A stretch of 41,727 bases of DNA. It comes from Nemertoderma westbladi (lineage: Eukaryota; Animalia; Xenacoelomorpha). The DNA lies in assembly GCA_032718475.1 (NCBI GenBank), contig JAUCBJ010002111.1, positions 1-41,727 on the forward strand. The letters run 5' to 3'. Each line of letters opens with the position of its first letter. Within the stretch, counting starts at the first letter, position 1. The position numbers were made by a program, and so were the translations under genes. The notes under the pieces are model-generated. The model saw only the letters and a list, made by a program, of their open reading frames with translations, ran no database searches and was not told where the DNA came from. Positions 22,898 to 36,330 of the stretch are shown here, piece after piece.

Positions 22898-24862
22898 CAG
22901 GTACAGGACAGGATACGATACGATACGATACGAAAATACGATACGAACCAATTTTTTATGATACGATACGATACGAATGCAATTTTGAGAAAATACGATA
23001 CGATACGAAAAATCCAAGATGCGATACGAAATACGAAAAATATTTCGTATTTTTTTCGTATCGTATTTTATCTAAGAATTGATAAAAATATATGTATTGT
23101 ATTTTGTATTTCACTTAGAAAATCATATAAATCTCAATATAATACAGTAGGCAAATATGTATTATTTCAATGTGTCTGGCTATTTATTTATTTATTTATT
23201 TTATTTATTTATTTATTTCGTACATATTAAATTGCATTACATCAACTAATAGTACAGCATACATAGTGGAAAAGCACAAGAATATGAATATGAGCCTAAC
23301 TAACTACTGTACCGGTAGTACAATATTGAATATACTGTATATATAATGCTAATTACGTCGTACAACTAAATATCAATATAACGATCGTCTAGTTCAACTA
23401 GTAAATAGTTACAAAGTGTTTACAATAATTACAAATTAGATCAAATCGATATACATTTACAATCGTCGTATCACATATGAAAAATTGAAAAATCCTATTT
23501 AAATTATAATTTCGGGATTATTTCTAAAGGTTACGAAGCACATATATAATTTAAAATATCATTAAGTTCCTCTGTGGAGAAACCTGGTACGAATAAATCG
23601 TCCTCCCCATGTTTGCAATTGACCAATTCACGACAAAGGTTAATATATGGTAAATTAGAATCATTTACAAACCAAGAAATATTATTGCACATTTTCGCTG
23701 TCACACAATGAATAGCCACATTACATTTATTGGCGATACGCCTAAGATTCGTATCACTAATCGACCTACAGTCGTATAATGTAAGATTTGCAAGAAAACG
23801 AATACTAGGTTTTGCGCAATTAGAAATGGATGTGGCAAAATTAACAAAGCGGCTGCATAACATCGTCATAGGATACGGAAAATCTGAAAGCCCCTCAACA
23901 AAAAATCTGTAAGGTAATGTAAGGTAATTGTAAGGTAATTTCCAGGTTAAACGAAAGTTAATATTCCAACTAGTAATCAGCTTATGACAACTATCACTCC
24001 AAATATCCCATAGATTACTACCGTAGAAACTTGTAGCAAAAATGCGCTGAATTTTACAGATACTGTGTGGATGAGCAAAGCTAAATTCACGTCTAATACA
24101 ATTCAATTTACCTATGAATTTACCTCTTTTACTTAAAATATCTTTATAGAATTTGCCCTCAAAATCAAAAAAATCAAAAATACATCCATAACGACGTTAT
24201 GCAACACGGCCCAATAGTAGGCTTTACCATAATATTACCATGCCACTTTATGAATACTGTACTGATGTACCTACCTAGGCCTACAACATACTGCCGTTAT
24301 TTATGGAATAATTTTGAATTTCATGTACCAATATGGAATAAAATTCAAAACTACAATTTCGTAGTCAAACTAATGTTTTATTTCAAAACAAATGTTTTAT
24401 TTCTTTTATTCTCTCACTAATGCCTTATCATAACATCCATGCCTGCCTTGTAGGCGCTATTAATTATCCTAAAAACTTTATTTAAACTGTAATTAGATTA
24501 TATTTTAGTGGTATTTTTATCATTATTCTGCAGTTAATTACAATGTTATTAACGATCCTCCTCCTTTCTTACACATTTCATTGACATAATAAAACTGTAA
24601 CCTGTAATCTAATTTATACACAAATTTTGAGAAAAAAAAATGTAACTAAATAAGTGGTGTTATCTCTCGTTTGTCTGTTAAAAACATTAATATTTACAAA
24701 ATAATAAGATACGAAAATACGATACGAAGTACGAAAAATATATATTCGTATTATACGATACGAAGTCAATTTTTATGATACGATACGAAATTCGATACGA
24801 ATAAAATACTGCGATACGAAATACGAAAATCCGTTTTCGTATCGTATCGTATCCTGTCCCTG
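22898..24862. mobile_element. Non-autonomous hAT-type element with 8-bp TSD and GATAC subterminal arrays
   Basis: TGTAGCTG|CAGGTACAGGACAGGATACGATAC ... GTATCGTATCCTGTCCCTG|TGTAGCTG, with dense (GATAC)n/ATACGA repeats at 22911-23065 and 24708-24853. Confidence 0.9.
23182..24165 (-). mobile_element. 5'-truncated non-LTR retrotransposon nested in the hAT element
   Basis: DILSKRGKFIGKLNCIRREF...FATSFYGSNLWD...SWNINFRLTWKLP resembles a LINE ORF2 C-terminus. It is followed by a 3' UTR and an (AAAT)n tail at 23182-23218. Confidence 0.8.
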
Positions 24863-25237
24863 TGTAGCTGTATCCGGACTATCTAATTTCGCGTCGTATG
24901 CAACACATCTGTTAAACGTTGATTACGATGAAAATCTATCAATAATAAATTATCGTTTTCTTTTAAAAAGATATGAATGAAATAATATGATATCCCTCCC
25001 CTCTCTAATTGTTTTTTTGTGTTATTTTCCCATTTATGTTATCAGCATTCTATCTCGAAATCGATCAATTATCCCAGTGGTTATTTTCAGATCAATGATG
25101 GTTCATTTTCGGAGGGATTCCCTAGAGGTGCTGATAAAGTTATCTTATAAAATTGATTGATTTAAAATTAAATTCAATTTAAAATTGATTCTTATAAAAT
25201 TATATTCGAAGTCTTATAATCTATCTGTTTATACGTA

Positions 25238-25827
25238 CAGTGTGAGTCATTTTAAAATAAGAGCGCCAGTGAAGATTGTACAGGGGCGAGAATTGTAATT
25301 ATTTTAAAAACTGCTACATTTCCACCTGGAGTATTTAATTACATTCTTAAATGGAAATATTCCATGTATGCCTACATGACCTATATTAATTAACCTACAA
25401 TAACTCCGTACAAAATGTTGAAGTTTAATTTACACGTAAGAAATCTTTTTACGACTGGTGCGATTACAGTATAATTCATACTGTAGTAGCAAGCATATAA
25501 ACCAGTCCTGACACCTGTACACCAGGGACAGGTCGATCACAAATTACTGACTATCAGTATAAATACTGCACCGCCCCATGCAACGGTAGGCCTAAGTACT
25601 GTAAATACCGCAGCTAACGATCAGTTCTGTCATTAAGCAGTATGTTAACGATATAGCAATGATCGGTACCGGAGAATAAACAATCCCTTCTGTAGTCTCC
25701 TATTCGGTCGCTACGACAAACTGAAATCATTATAATCAACTATAGCACTAGCAAGTGTAAATAAATTTAAAGTTTAACATTTAATTGTTAAGAATCAAGC
25801 ATTTAATTTTTATTTTAAGGCACCCTG
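25238..25827. mobile_element. Possible old Tc1/mariner-type MITE
   Basis: TA|CAGTGTG... and ...CACCCTG|TA termini only; the TIR match is short. Confidence 0.3.
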
Positions 25828-26215
25828 TACGGTATAGTGTCTTTCATTTGGTTGTCCTATGGATGGAACAGTCCTGTATTCTTACAGTCCTACATGAACC
25901 ATTCTCACCCACACCCACCTTATAAAGTTGTACTTTATTATACTTCAGCCTGCCAACGGAGTTAAATATAATATTTATATTATCAAATTAAATAAAGTAT
26001 TGTCCAGCCGGGGTTGCGATTGAAGCCAATGACTATTACTCTAAACTTGTTAATTTTGACGTTACAGTCTGAAGCAAAAATACAACTATAAATTTAATCG
26101 AAAACCTAAAATAATATCGAAAATATGATTACAGTATATATAATAATGTATCTCACATGCAGCCATAATGCCGGTTTTACCCGATTGGGTAAAGTCTTAT
26201 GGCTGCATCATATAT

Positions 26216-29197
26216 CGTCGGTATTTTTTCAAAACCCCATAAACACCATTGACCTCATTTTTCATAAACAGAAAAAAACACCTAACAAAATCTGAAATTA
26301 GTGAAATAGATCCAAACAAGTCTCAGTGAATTATAAATTTAATTATCGATTTGATAAAATAAAAGTAAAGTATACAAAATTGCATTAAATTTGTTTAATT
26401 TATAAATTTGGCGTTTATGTTGTTTTGAAAAAATTGCTTATATATAAATTGTATTGAAAGCATTGTTTTTCAAAACAACACAAATGCCATGTTTCGCAAT
26501 TACCCATATATCCAATCGCAATTATCCATATTACATAGGTCAGTAAGGGATATCAAGAATAAATTTTTTAGATCAATTCAAATATTTCAAAAATATAAGA
26601 GTGTTTAGACAATTTATATTTCAATTCTTAAAAGTCAGAATCCTCCTCATCTGTTTCATTCAACCTATCCGGGACAGAGTTGAGTGAGACCATTCGTTCA
26701 TATTCTGAGCAATAAGAGGTGGAATTACTCCCTTTCTGCAGAGTTTCATTAAATCGTTGTACTTTGCAGTGGAGATGGCAACTGGGTGCTTATAAGCAAT
26801 CTCAGGAAGGTGTCTAACGTTATCAGAAGGCCGACCGCGCCTCTGACGTACGATAATAGAATGTTCAACAGCATTACTTTGAGCCGACTCTGTATAAAAA
26901 ATACTAATCTTCCCAGAAGTGTTCTCTTTTACAAACTTCACATTTCGAATCTGGCTCCACGCCACTTTTTCGCCGATCTCATTGACATTGTTTTTGAATT
27001 CAGGATTCTTATCCCAAGAGAAAATATTATCACGACCCATCTTTACTGTTTCATATGGAAATGGTGTATGACGCGCCATACGGATAACTGTTGGCCATTC
27101 AGAAGGTCCCCAGACAGCCTTATGCTTAACAAACGTTTCAATTGTAGAATGAACAGAGTCAACTGGCATCTCAGTGTGACCTGGTAGCAGGAAAGTAATG
27201 GATATGGTTAAGATGTTAGTAAAATGGCTCAATACCTGGAATAAGGCTGACAAAACCATTCGATTCTTGTTCTGCCCGCTGGTAGAATCACAAAATAGAT
27301 GAACCTCCTTAACAATACAAAGATTTTCTACATCATTTAGGTACTTATACAAGACCGATGCGACTTCATTAGATCCACGTTTTCCATCACATTCTCCCCA
27401 CAGAAAACATATGCCCCTCTGAGTATGGCTTTCATAAACGGTCTCATTATAATAGGCATACCTTCGAGAATATCCTACAAGCATCGAATCTGTATGTGGA
27501 GTGTTCAGTACCTTCTGTAGGTCGAAACTCGCGCAACGAAATCCTGGATCTGTTCGCTCCTGTGCAGTTGTAAAGACAACACCAACGGCCTCCTTTTCTT
27601 CGTTATGAGTTTTAATCATGTCATCACTAATTTCCTTCCTTTTGTGCTGCATGCACAAATTGCACTTGTCTTTCTTTGGCATATGGATTCCAAGGTTGAA
27701 ATCTTTAAAATAAACATTCCTGAATGTTCCAAACTTTGCACCCCTTGGCTTCTCTCTCTTGTACATCCGATACAGATTTTTCATGCTTCTAACTTCTTTG
27801 GGGAGGTACTTTCGAGAAGAATTTTTTCTACAATAGTGTGAAGGTAGGGCCGGCAACTCCCCAATCCAATCCCTGACATCATTTCTTTTGGACTCAGAAA
27901 TAATGTTATGTCTCCCGCCCCTTCCAATTGTTGGCGTTGTGGTGCCCCCACTTATTGATTTCTTCTTCGATATAGTACGAAGTTCCTCGGCCGTAACATC
28001 TAATGTGCATTCTAGAAATTTCTTGCAAACTTGTTTCCTATGGCCACCCCTCAACGCGATAGAATAGGTCATTGTCTGATTGCGTACCGGTGTATCATTA
28101 CCATTACGATGTCGTCGAACTTGAGACACTTCAACACATGATGCAAGGTATGCACGCTGATCGATTATTGTGGGACAGGAAACAGGAATAGTATTCAGTG
28201 AACACTTGTTGCCGCAATTTCTCTGGAATTTTATTGCACTGACGCAAGCACGAACTTTTGCATGGGACCGGGCGAATCTTTTTTTCAACATGAACCTTCC
28301 CCTTTGAGGAAACAAAGGATAATCCTCTCAAACGAGCATCCTTGCGGCTTCCAGTCTCATATGGAAACTTGGACTTCTTTGCATTGGGTTTTCCAACCAC
28401 AGCACCAACCACACCCGTAGAAAGAACAGCCGAAGGTGTAGAATCCTTAAAACCTGGAAAAAAGTCATCAGAGCTACTGGAATCTGAAGGAACATAGCTA
28501 CTCCCTTCATAGTCATATTCTGGATCCACATCTGAATTTGCTGGTTCCACCTCAGTAAAATTGACAACTACCAAATCATCCTGTTGGGCTTCCAGATTCC
28601 CACTTTCTGCACTCAGTATCAACCATTATTGAAGATACATCGTCATTTACAACATCCCCCTCTTTATTCACAAGTATTTCAAGAAGTTCTAAATCCAGAG
28701 TCTCTTCAATTGTTTCAGGGCAATGTATAGCATGTACGAAAAACCGCAGAAATTAATAAAATGCAGTATACCTGTACCTGTACCTGTATATATACAGCTA
28801 TTAATAGGTAGTCAATAGGCTGGGTGTCTATTTGAGAGAAAACCATGTTACTAATTGCTGGTTGGCTAAAAAAATAGCTGAGTATAATGTGCTCCCAGGT
28901 AGGTTCCGTCATTTGTGGTGTTTTAAATTGAATGATAACTGTCCATTTGGCGTTTGTGTGGTTTTTGAAAAATAAAATAGCATCTCATAGACTTTGTCAT
29001 TTGTGGGGTTTTGAAAAAACCATTCCCTGGAGAATGGCGATTGTGTGGTTAACAATTTGTCATATAATGTTAATTCCACCAATGGTAGCCCTATAAAATG
29101 TTTAGAATAACTGCGGATTATTGTCTAGTATAACGTGACACACATATCTCATTTTTGACAAAAATGTCGTTTGTGGGGTTTTGAAAAAATACCGACG
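26216..29197 (-). mobile_element. Full-length Sola1-type DNA transposon (2982 bp)
   Basis: ATAT|CGTCGGTATTTTTTCAAAACCCCATAAAC ... GTTTGTGGGGTTTTGAAAAAATACCGACG|ATAT: ~29-bp TIRs and a 4-bp AWWT TSD. TIR-like motifs recur internally (26409, 26466, 28948, 28997) around a transposase gene. Confidence 0.85.
26628..28720 (-). pseudogene. Sola1-type DDD/E transposase with frameshifts near ~28615, ~28165 and ~26720
   Basis: VCKKFL..TL, SHYCR, PKKDKCNLC, SFDLQKVL, WGECDGKRGSNE, FCDSTSGQNKN, PGHTEMPVDSVH. The true N-terminus is in ORF 28131-28622, and the acidic C-terminus VPDRLNETDEEDSDF* is in another frame. Confidence 0.8.
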
Positions 29198-30479
29198 ATA
29201 TAAGACAATGGCCTTATGGTCACAAAAATGGCCTTATGGTCACATGCAGCCATAAGAGATGACCGGCCTTATGGCTTCATATTTCCCGATAGGGAATTGG
29301 AGGAACCATATATCTGGCACAATTGGCTATATAAATTATGTTATATTATATATTTAGCTGAAACTTTTATTTTTTTTAAATGACTTATGGCTGCATGGAA
29401 ATAATTTACCCTGCAGCCATAAGGCCATTTGCGCCCACGCTTATGGCTGCAAATTAAATGATAAAATAAAACATGCAGCCATAAGCAATCAGGTAATAGA
29501 TGGACTTTATAGCTGGCTGTATGATTTATTTTATCTTTGTTCGTGTCTCTTAAGATTTTCATGAAAATGTCATTTACAATGTAAACGGACACAAAATAAA
29601 TTTACAAAATGTCATTACACTATCACTAACTTAGTAAATAATCTCTTAAACACGTCTGTTTCTTCTGCATAGCTTCATAGCAACTATTATATGCTATAAA
29701 AAAATCGGAATTACTCGAACTTTTCTGAGAATTATCTGTTTAGATAAACCAGCCCACACTAAATTACAACTCTTTTCTGGAATACAGTTTAAATAAAACG
29801 TGCAGCCATAAGCACTGGAACTTTCAATACAGTTGCATGCATTATTATAAATAATATTAGGTTTATTTTAAGTCTTATTATACTTTTATACGGTTACATA
29901 TCATATTTCAACCTTAATTCAAGTGTCTCAATCTATTTAGATAAACCAGCCATTACATGTAAACTCACGTCTGAGATAAAGTTTAAATAAAACATGCAGC
30001 CTTACGTAATAGAGCTGTCTTATGGTTGCATGTCATATTATAATAATAATTATTATGTTTTTTTATGTCATATTTTGGTCAATTAATAAATACAATATTA
30101 TATATGGTTAAATTAGTTAGTTAGTTGAATTATTTAAATGATTTAATCAATTGAAAATATAAAAGAAATGAAAGTACAATAATTTTTAGTTACTAATTTC
30201 ATCAAAGAGTCTGTTTAATTAATAACTGCAATGAATTGGTTTTATGGCTGCATGTTTTATATAATCTATAGTTAATTTTGAGAAAGGACAGGCGCCGTAT
30301 TTTTAGTTCTCACTAACCACAGGTTGTCTGGCTAGATAGCACAAACTTCACACTAAATATTGGTACAGAGAGACAAAAGATAGACAAATGAGACGGTTGT
30401 AGTAGAAAGGGCACATGGCCCAAAGTTCAAAGCTTTAGAATACATCTCTGAAACTACCGGACTAATAGATCGAATGAGA

Positions 30480-31150
30480 AACGGACAGACGTATACAAAC
30501 TTTACAATTGCTGCCAAACATGAAAACTGATACCGTAAATGAAGTCAGAGTCGAAGAAAACAGTAATTACCGTGATTTTAGCTTTGTATGGTGTCATATT
30601 GTATTTTGACAGACAGATCGACTGATAAACGGACAGACAAACAAACTGTTCAATTGCTGCCAAACATGAAATCTGATACACTAAATGAAGTCAGAGTCCA
30701 AGAAAACAGACATTCTCAGGATTTTAGAATTTTAAGGGTGTCATATTGTATTTTGACAGACAGATCGACTGACAAACGGACAGACATACAAACTGTACAA
30801 ATGCTGCCAAACATGAAAACTGATACCGTACATGAAGTCGGAATTTAAGAAAACAGACATTCCCAAGATTTAAGCTTTATAGGGTGTCATATTGTATTTT
30901 GACAGACAGATCGACTGACAAACGGACAGACATACAAACTTTACAAATGCTGCCAAACATCAAAACTGATACCGTAAATGAAGTCTGAGTCGAAGAAAAC
31001 AGTAATTACCGTGATTTTAGCTTTGTAAGGTGTCATATTGTTTTTCGACAAACGAACAGACATACAAACTGTACAAATGCCGCCAAACTTGAAAACTGAT
31101 ATGGGAAATGAAATCAGTGATGAAAAAAACTACATATGTAAGATTTTAGC
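30480..31150 (+). repeat. ~146-bp satellite array, ~4 units
   Basis: gacagacagatcgactga anchors at 30608, 30755, 30901. Confidence 0.9.
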
Positions 31151-31296
31151 TGTCTGGTCTAATATATTGTATATGGATATGAGCCCCAGCAAATGTCGGT
31201 ACACATATAGATTAATTGCTACAATCAGATAATAATTGATGAATCTTTTATACCCAATATTTCTTCTACCTTTCTATTGGTATCAACAAACATCTA

Positions 31297-31800
31297 TAAC
31301 TACTACTACTACTATCGGCATGTTGCATTGCGGCTGCATTAATTATATCAAATATATTAAGAATGCTGTGTCGGCTTTTCGATAAAATTGCTCCACCTCA
31401 ACTCCCTATCACCCATGACATTTGCTAGATCATCCGCATCTTCAAGTCCAGTGTTCTTTAAAATGCGTCTCAAGAAAGTCATGGGCTTACCACCATACAT
31501 AGTCGTTCCATGAGGCCGCCAAAGCACAAGATTATGCACAGGCTGGTCCACACTGTGAAAGCAATGTCCTACAAGGCGGTGGCAGCTCAGTTCAAGCAAA
31601 AGCTTTCAGAGACTAATGAAACACTTCCGATGTTGTTCAAAGTCTGGTTATGGAGATGTGTTCGTTCTTCTTGACACAATGACCCCGGCGTAGCATTATT
31701 GTGAATGTGCCATCCAGAGGTTTTGTATACTCTGCAGTCAGTCAGAGACCAGCATGGACTCCCATCTAAGAAGGCTGTCTCTACTGCTGCCCTAAATAAA
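31297..31800 (-). mobile_element. 3' fragment of the RTE-like LINE with a (TAG)n tail
   Basis: LFRAAVETAFLDGSPCWSLT...GHCFHSVDQPVHNLVLWRPHG...GKPMTFLRRILKNTGL; tail GCAACATGCCGATAGTAGTAGTAG. Confidence 0.85.
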
Positions 31801-32939
31801 CTCTAAAAGGTTCACGTGTGATATCAACAATTGGTACATTTGCAACAATATTATGCGAACTTTTCAGAGTTCTGGTGTTTTACTCTTAACGCAGTAAAGT
31901 ACCGTATTGCAGCGTTGCGGCCTATAGGACGAACGTACTTATACTTCTATAACTAACTATCACTAACTTAGTAATAATAATCTCTTAAACACGTCTGTAT
32001 TCTTCTGCATAGCTTCATAGCAACTATTATATGCTAATTTTATAATTGTTTACCGTAACTTTGTTGTAATAACTGCAATTAATTAGTGATACAAATTAAA
32101 TTGGATATGAATTACATCAATATTCCTAATTATTCCAATTTCAAGTAATGAAAACTTTAAAAAAATCGGAATTTCTCGAACTTTTCTGAGAATTATCTAT
32201 TTAGATAAACCAGCCCCCACTACAATACAACTCTTTTCTGGAATACAGTTTAAATAAAACGTGCAGCCATAAGCACTGGAACTTTCAATACAGTTGCATG
32301 CATTATTATAAATAATATTAGGTTTATTTTAAGTCTTATTATACTGTTATACGGTTACATATCATATTTCAACCTTAATTCAAGTGTCTCAATCTATTTA
32401 GATAAACCAGCCATTACATGTAAACTCACGTCTGAGATAAAGTTTAAATAAAACATGCAGCCTTAAGCAATGGAACTCTCTTATAGTTGCATGTTATATT
32501 ATAATAATAATTATTATGTTTTTTTTATGTCATATTTTGGTCAATTAATAAATACTATATTATAAATGGTTAAATTAGTTAGTTAGTTGAATTACTTAAA
32601 TGATTTAATCCCTTGAAAATATAAAAGAAATGAAAGTACAATAAGTTTTAGTTACTAATTTTATCAAAGAGTCTGTTTAATTAATAACTGCAATGAATTG
32701 GTTTTATGGCTGCATGTTTTATATAATCTATAGTTAATTTTGAGAAAGGACAGGCGCCGCATTTTTAGTTCTCACTAACCACAGGTTGTCTGGCTAGATA
32801 GCACAAACTTCACACTAAATATTGGTACAGAGAGACAAAAGATAGACAAATGGGACGGTTGCAGTAGAAAGGGCACATGGCCCAAAGTTCAAAGCTTTAG
32901 AATACATCTCTGAAACTACCGGACTAATAGATCGAATGA

Positions 32940-33460
32940 GAAACGGACAGACGTATACAAACTTTACAATTGCTGCCAAACATGAAAACTGATACCGTAA
33001 ATGAAGTCAGAGTCGAAGAAAACAGAAATTCTCAGGATTTTAGCATTTGTAGGGTTTCGTATTGTATTTTGACAGACAGATCGACTGACAAACGGACGAC
33101 ATAAAACTGTAAAAATGCTGCCAAACATGAAAACTGATACCTTAAATTAAGTCAGAGTCCAAAAAACAGACATTTCCAAGATTTAAGCTTTATAGGGTGT
33201 CATATTGTATTTTGACAGACAGATCGACTGACAAACGGACAGACATACAAACTTTACAAATGCTGCCAAACATCAAAACTGATACCGTAAATGAAGTCTG
33301 AGTCGAAGAAAACAGTCATTACCGTGATTTTAGCTTTGTAAGGTGTCATATTGTTTTTCGACAAACGAACAGACATACAAACTGTACAAATGCCGCCAAA
33401 CTTGAAAACTGATATGGGAAATGAAATCAGTGATGAAAAAACTACATATGGAAGATTTTA
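32940..33460 (+). repeat. ~145-bp satellite array, ~3 units
   Basis: Same unit as 30480-31150. Confidence 0.88.
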
Positions 33461-33608
33461 GCTGTCTGGTCTAATATATTGTATATGGATATGAGCACCA
33501 GCAAATGTCGGTACACATATAGATTAATTGCTACAAGCAGATAATAATTGATGAAACTTTTATACCCAATATTTCTTCTACCTTTCTATTGGTATCAACA
33601 AACATCTA

Positions 33609-34112
33609 TAACTACTACTACTACTATCGGCATGTTGCATTGCGGCTGCATTAATTATATCAAATATATTAAGAAAGATGTGTCGGCTTGTCAATAAAAT
33701 TGCTCCACCTCAACTCCCTATCACCCATGACATTTGCTAGATCATCCGCATCTTCAAGTCCAGTGTTCTTTAAAATGCGTCTCAAGAAAGTCATGGGCTT
33801 ACCACCATACATAGTCGTTCCATGAGGCCGCCAAAGCACAAGATTATGCACAGGCTGGTCCACACTGTGAAAGCAATGTCCAACAAGGCGGTGGCAGCTC
33901 AGTTCAAGCAAAAGCTTTCGGAGACTAATGAAACACTTCCGATGTTGTTCACAGTCTGGTTATGGAGATGTGTTCGTTCTTCTTGACACAATGACCCCGG
34001 CGTAGCATTATTGTGAATGTGCCATCCAGAGGTTTTGTATACTCTGCAGTCAGTCAGAGACCAGCATGGACTCCCATCTAAGAAGGCTGTCTCTACTGCT
34101 GCCCTAAATAAA
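33609..34112 (-). mobile_element. Duplicate of the RTE-like 3' fragment, carried by the segmental duplication
   Basis: Near-identical to 31297-31800, with identical flanks. Confidence 0.85.
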
Positions 34113-35249
34113 CTCTAAAAGGTTCTCGTGTGATATCAACAATTGGTACATTTGCAACAATATTATGCGAACTTTTCAGAGTTCTGGTGTTTTACTCTTA
34201 ACGCAGTAAAGTACCGTATTGCAGCTTTGCGGCCTATAGGACGAACGTACTTATACTTCTATAACTAACTATCACTAACTTAGTAAATAATCTCTTAAAC
34301 ACGTCTGGATTCTTCTGCATAGCTTCATAGCAACTATTATATGCTAATTTTATAATTGTTTACCGTAACTTTGTTGTAATAACTGCAATTATTTAGTGAT
34401 TCAAATTAAATTGGATATGAATTACATCAATATTCCTAATTATTCCAATATCAAGTAATGTAAACTTTAAAAAAATCGGAATTTCTCGAACTTTTCTGAG
34501 AATTATCTATTTAGATAAACCAGCCCCCACTACAATACAACTCTTTTCTGGAATACAGTTTAAATAAAACGTGCAGCCATAAGCACTGGAACTTTCAATA
34601 CAGTTGCATGCATTATTATAAATAATATTAGGTTTATTTTAAGTCTTATTATACTGTTATACGGTTACATATCATATTTCAACCTTAATTCAAGTGTCTC
34701 AATCTATTTAGATAAACCAGCCATTACATGTAAACTCACGTCTGAGATAAAGTTTAAATAAAACATGCAGCCTTAAGCTATGGAACTCTCTTATGGTTGC
34801 ATGTTATATTATAATAATAATTATTATGTTTTTTTATGTCATATTTTGGTCAATTAATAAATACAATATTATAAATGGTTAAATTAGTTAGTTAGTTGAA
34901 TTATTTAAATGATTTAATCCCTTGAAAATATAAAAGAAATGAAAGTACAATAATTTTTAGTTACTAATTTCATCAAAGAGTCTGTTTAATTAATAACTGC
35001 AATGAATTGGTTTTATGGCTGCATGTTTTATATAATCTATAGTTAATTTTGAGAAAGGACAGGCGCCGTATTTTTAGTTCTCACTAACCACAGGTTGTCT
35101 GGCTAGATAGCACAAACTTCACACTAAATATTGGTACAGAGAGACAAAAGATAGACAAATGAGACGGTTGTAGTAGAAAGGGCACATGGCCCAAAGTTCA
35201 AAGCTTTAGAATACATCTCTGAAACTACCGGACTAATAGATCGAATGAG

Positions 35250-36330
35250 AAACGGACAGACGTATACAAACTTTACAATTGCTGCCAAACATGAAAACTG
35301 ATACCGTAAATGAAGTCAGAGTCGAAGAAAACAGACATTTCCAAGATTTAAGCTTTATAGGGTGTCATATTGTATTTTGACAGACAGATCGACTGACAAA
35401 CGGACAACATAAAACTGTAAAAATGCTGCCAAACATGAAAACTGATACCGTAAATTAAGTCAGAGTCCAAAAAACAGACATTTCCAAGATTTAAGCTTTA
35501 TAGGGTGTCATATTGTATTTTGACAGACAGATCGACTGACAAACGGACAACATAAAACTGTAAAAATGCTGCCAAACATGAAAACTGATACCGTAAATTA
35601 AGTCAGAGTCCAAAAAACAGACATTTCCAAGATTTAAGCTTTATAGGGTGTCATATTGTATTTTGACAGACAGATCGACTGACAAACGGACAACATAAAA
35701 CTGTAAAAATGCTGCCAAACATGAAAACTGATACCGTAAATTAAGTCAGAGTCCAAAAAACAGACATTTCCAAGATTTAAGCTTTATAGGGTGTCATATT
35801 GTATTTTGACAGACAGATCGACTGACAAACGGACGACATAAAACTGTAAAAATGCTGCCAAACATGAAAACTGATACCATAAATGATGTCAGAGTCCAAG
35901 AAAATAGACATTCTCAATATTTTAGCATTTGTAGGGTGTCATATTGTATTTTGACAGACAGAACGACTGACAAACGGACAGACATACAAAGTTTACAAAC
36001 GCTGCCAAATATGAAAACTGATACCGTAATTGAAGTCAGAATCCAAAAAAACATACATTCCCAAGATTTAAGATTTGTAGGGTGTCATATTGTATTTTGA
36101 CAGACAGATCGACTGACAAACAGACAGAGGTATACAAACTGTAAAAATGCTTCCAAACATGAAAACTGCTACCGTAAATTAAGTCAGAATCCAAGAAAGC
36201 AGAATTTCCCAGGATTTTAGCTTTGTAGGGTGTCATATTGTATTTTGACAGACAGATCGACTGACAAATGGACAGACATAAAACTTTACAAATGCTGCCA
36301 AACATGAAAATTGATACCGTAAATAAAATC
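35250..36330 (+). repeat. Expanded 143-148-bp satellite array, ~7.5 units
   Basis: Anchors at 35379, 35522, 35665, 35808, 35953, 36099, 36247. Confidence 0.92.

Noticed and set aside
30588-36305. ORFs 30588-30848, 31038-31232, 35852-36100, 36036-36305
   Set aside because: Chance read-through of the ~145-bp satellite; frames are not conserved between monomers.
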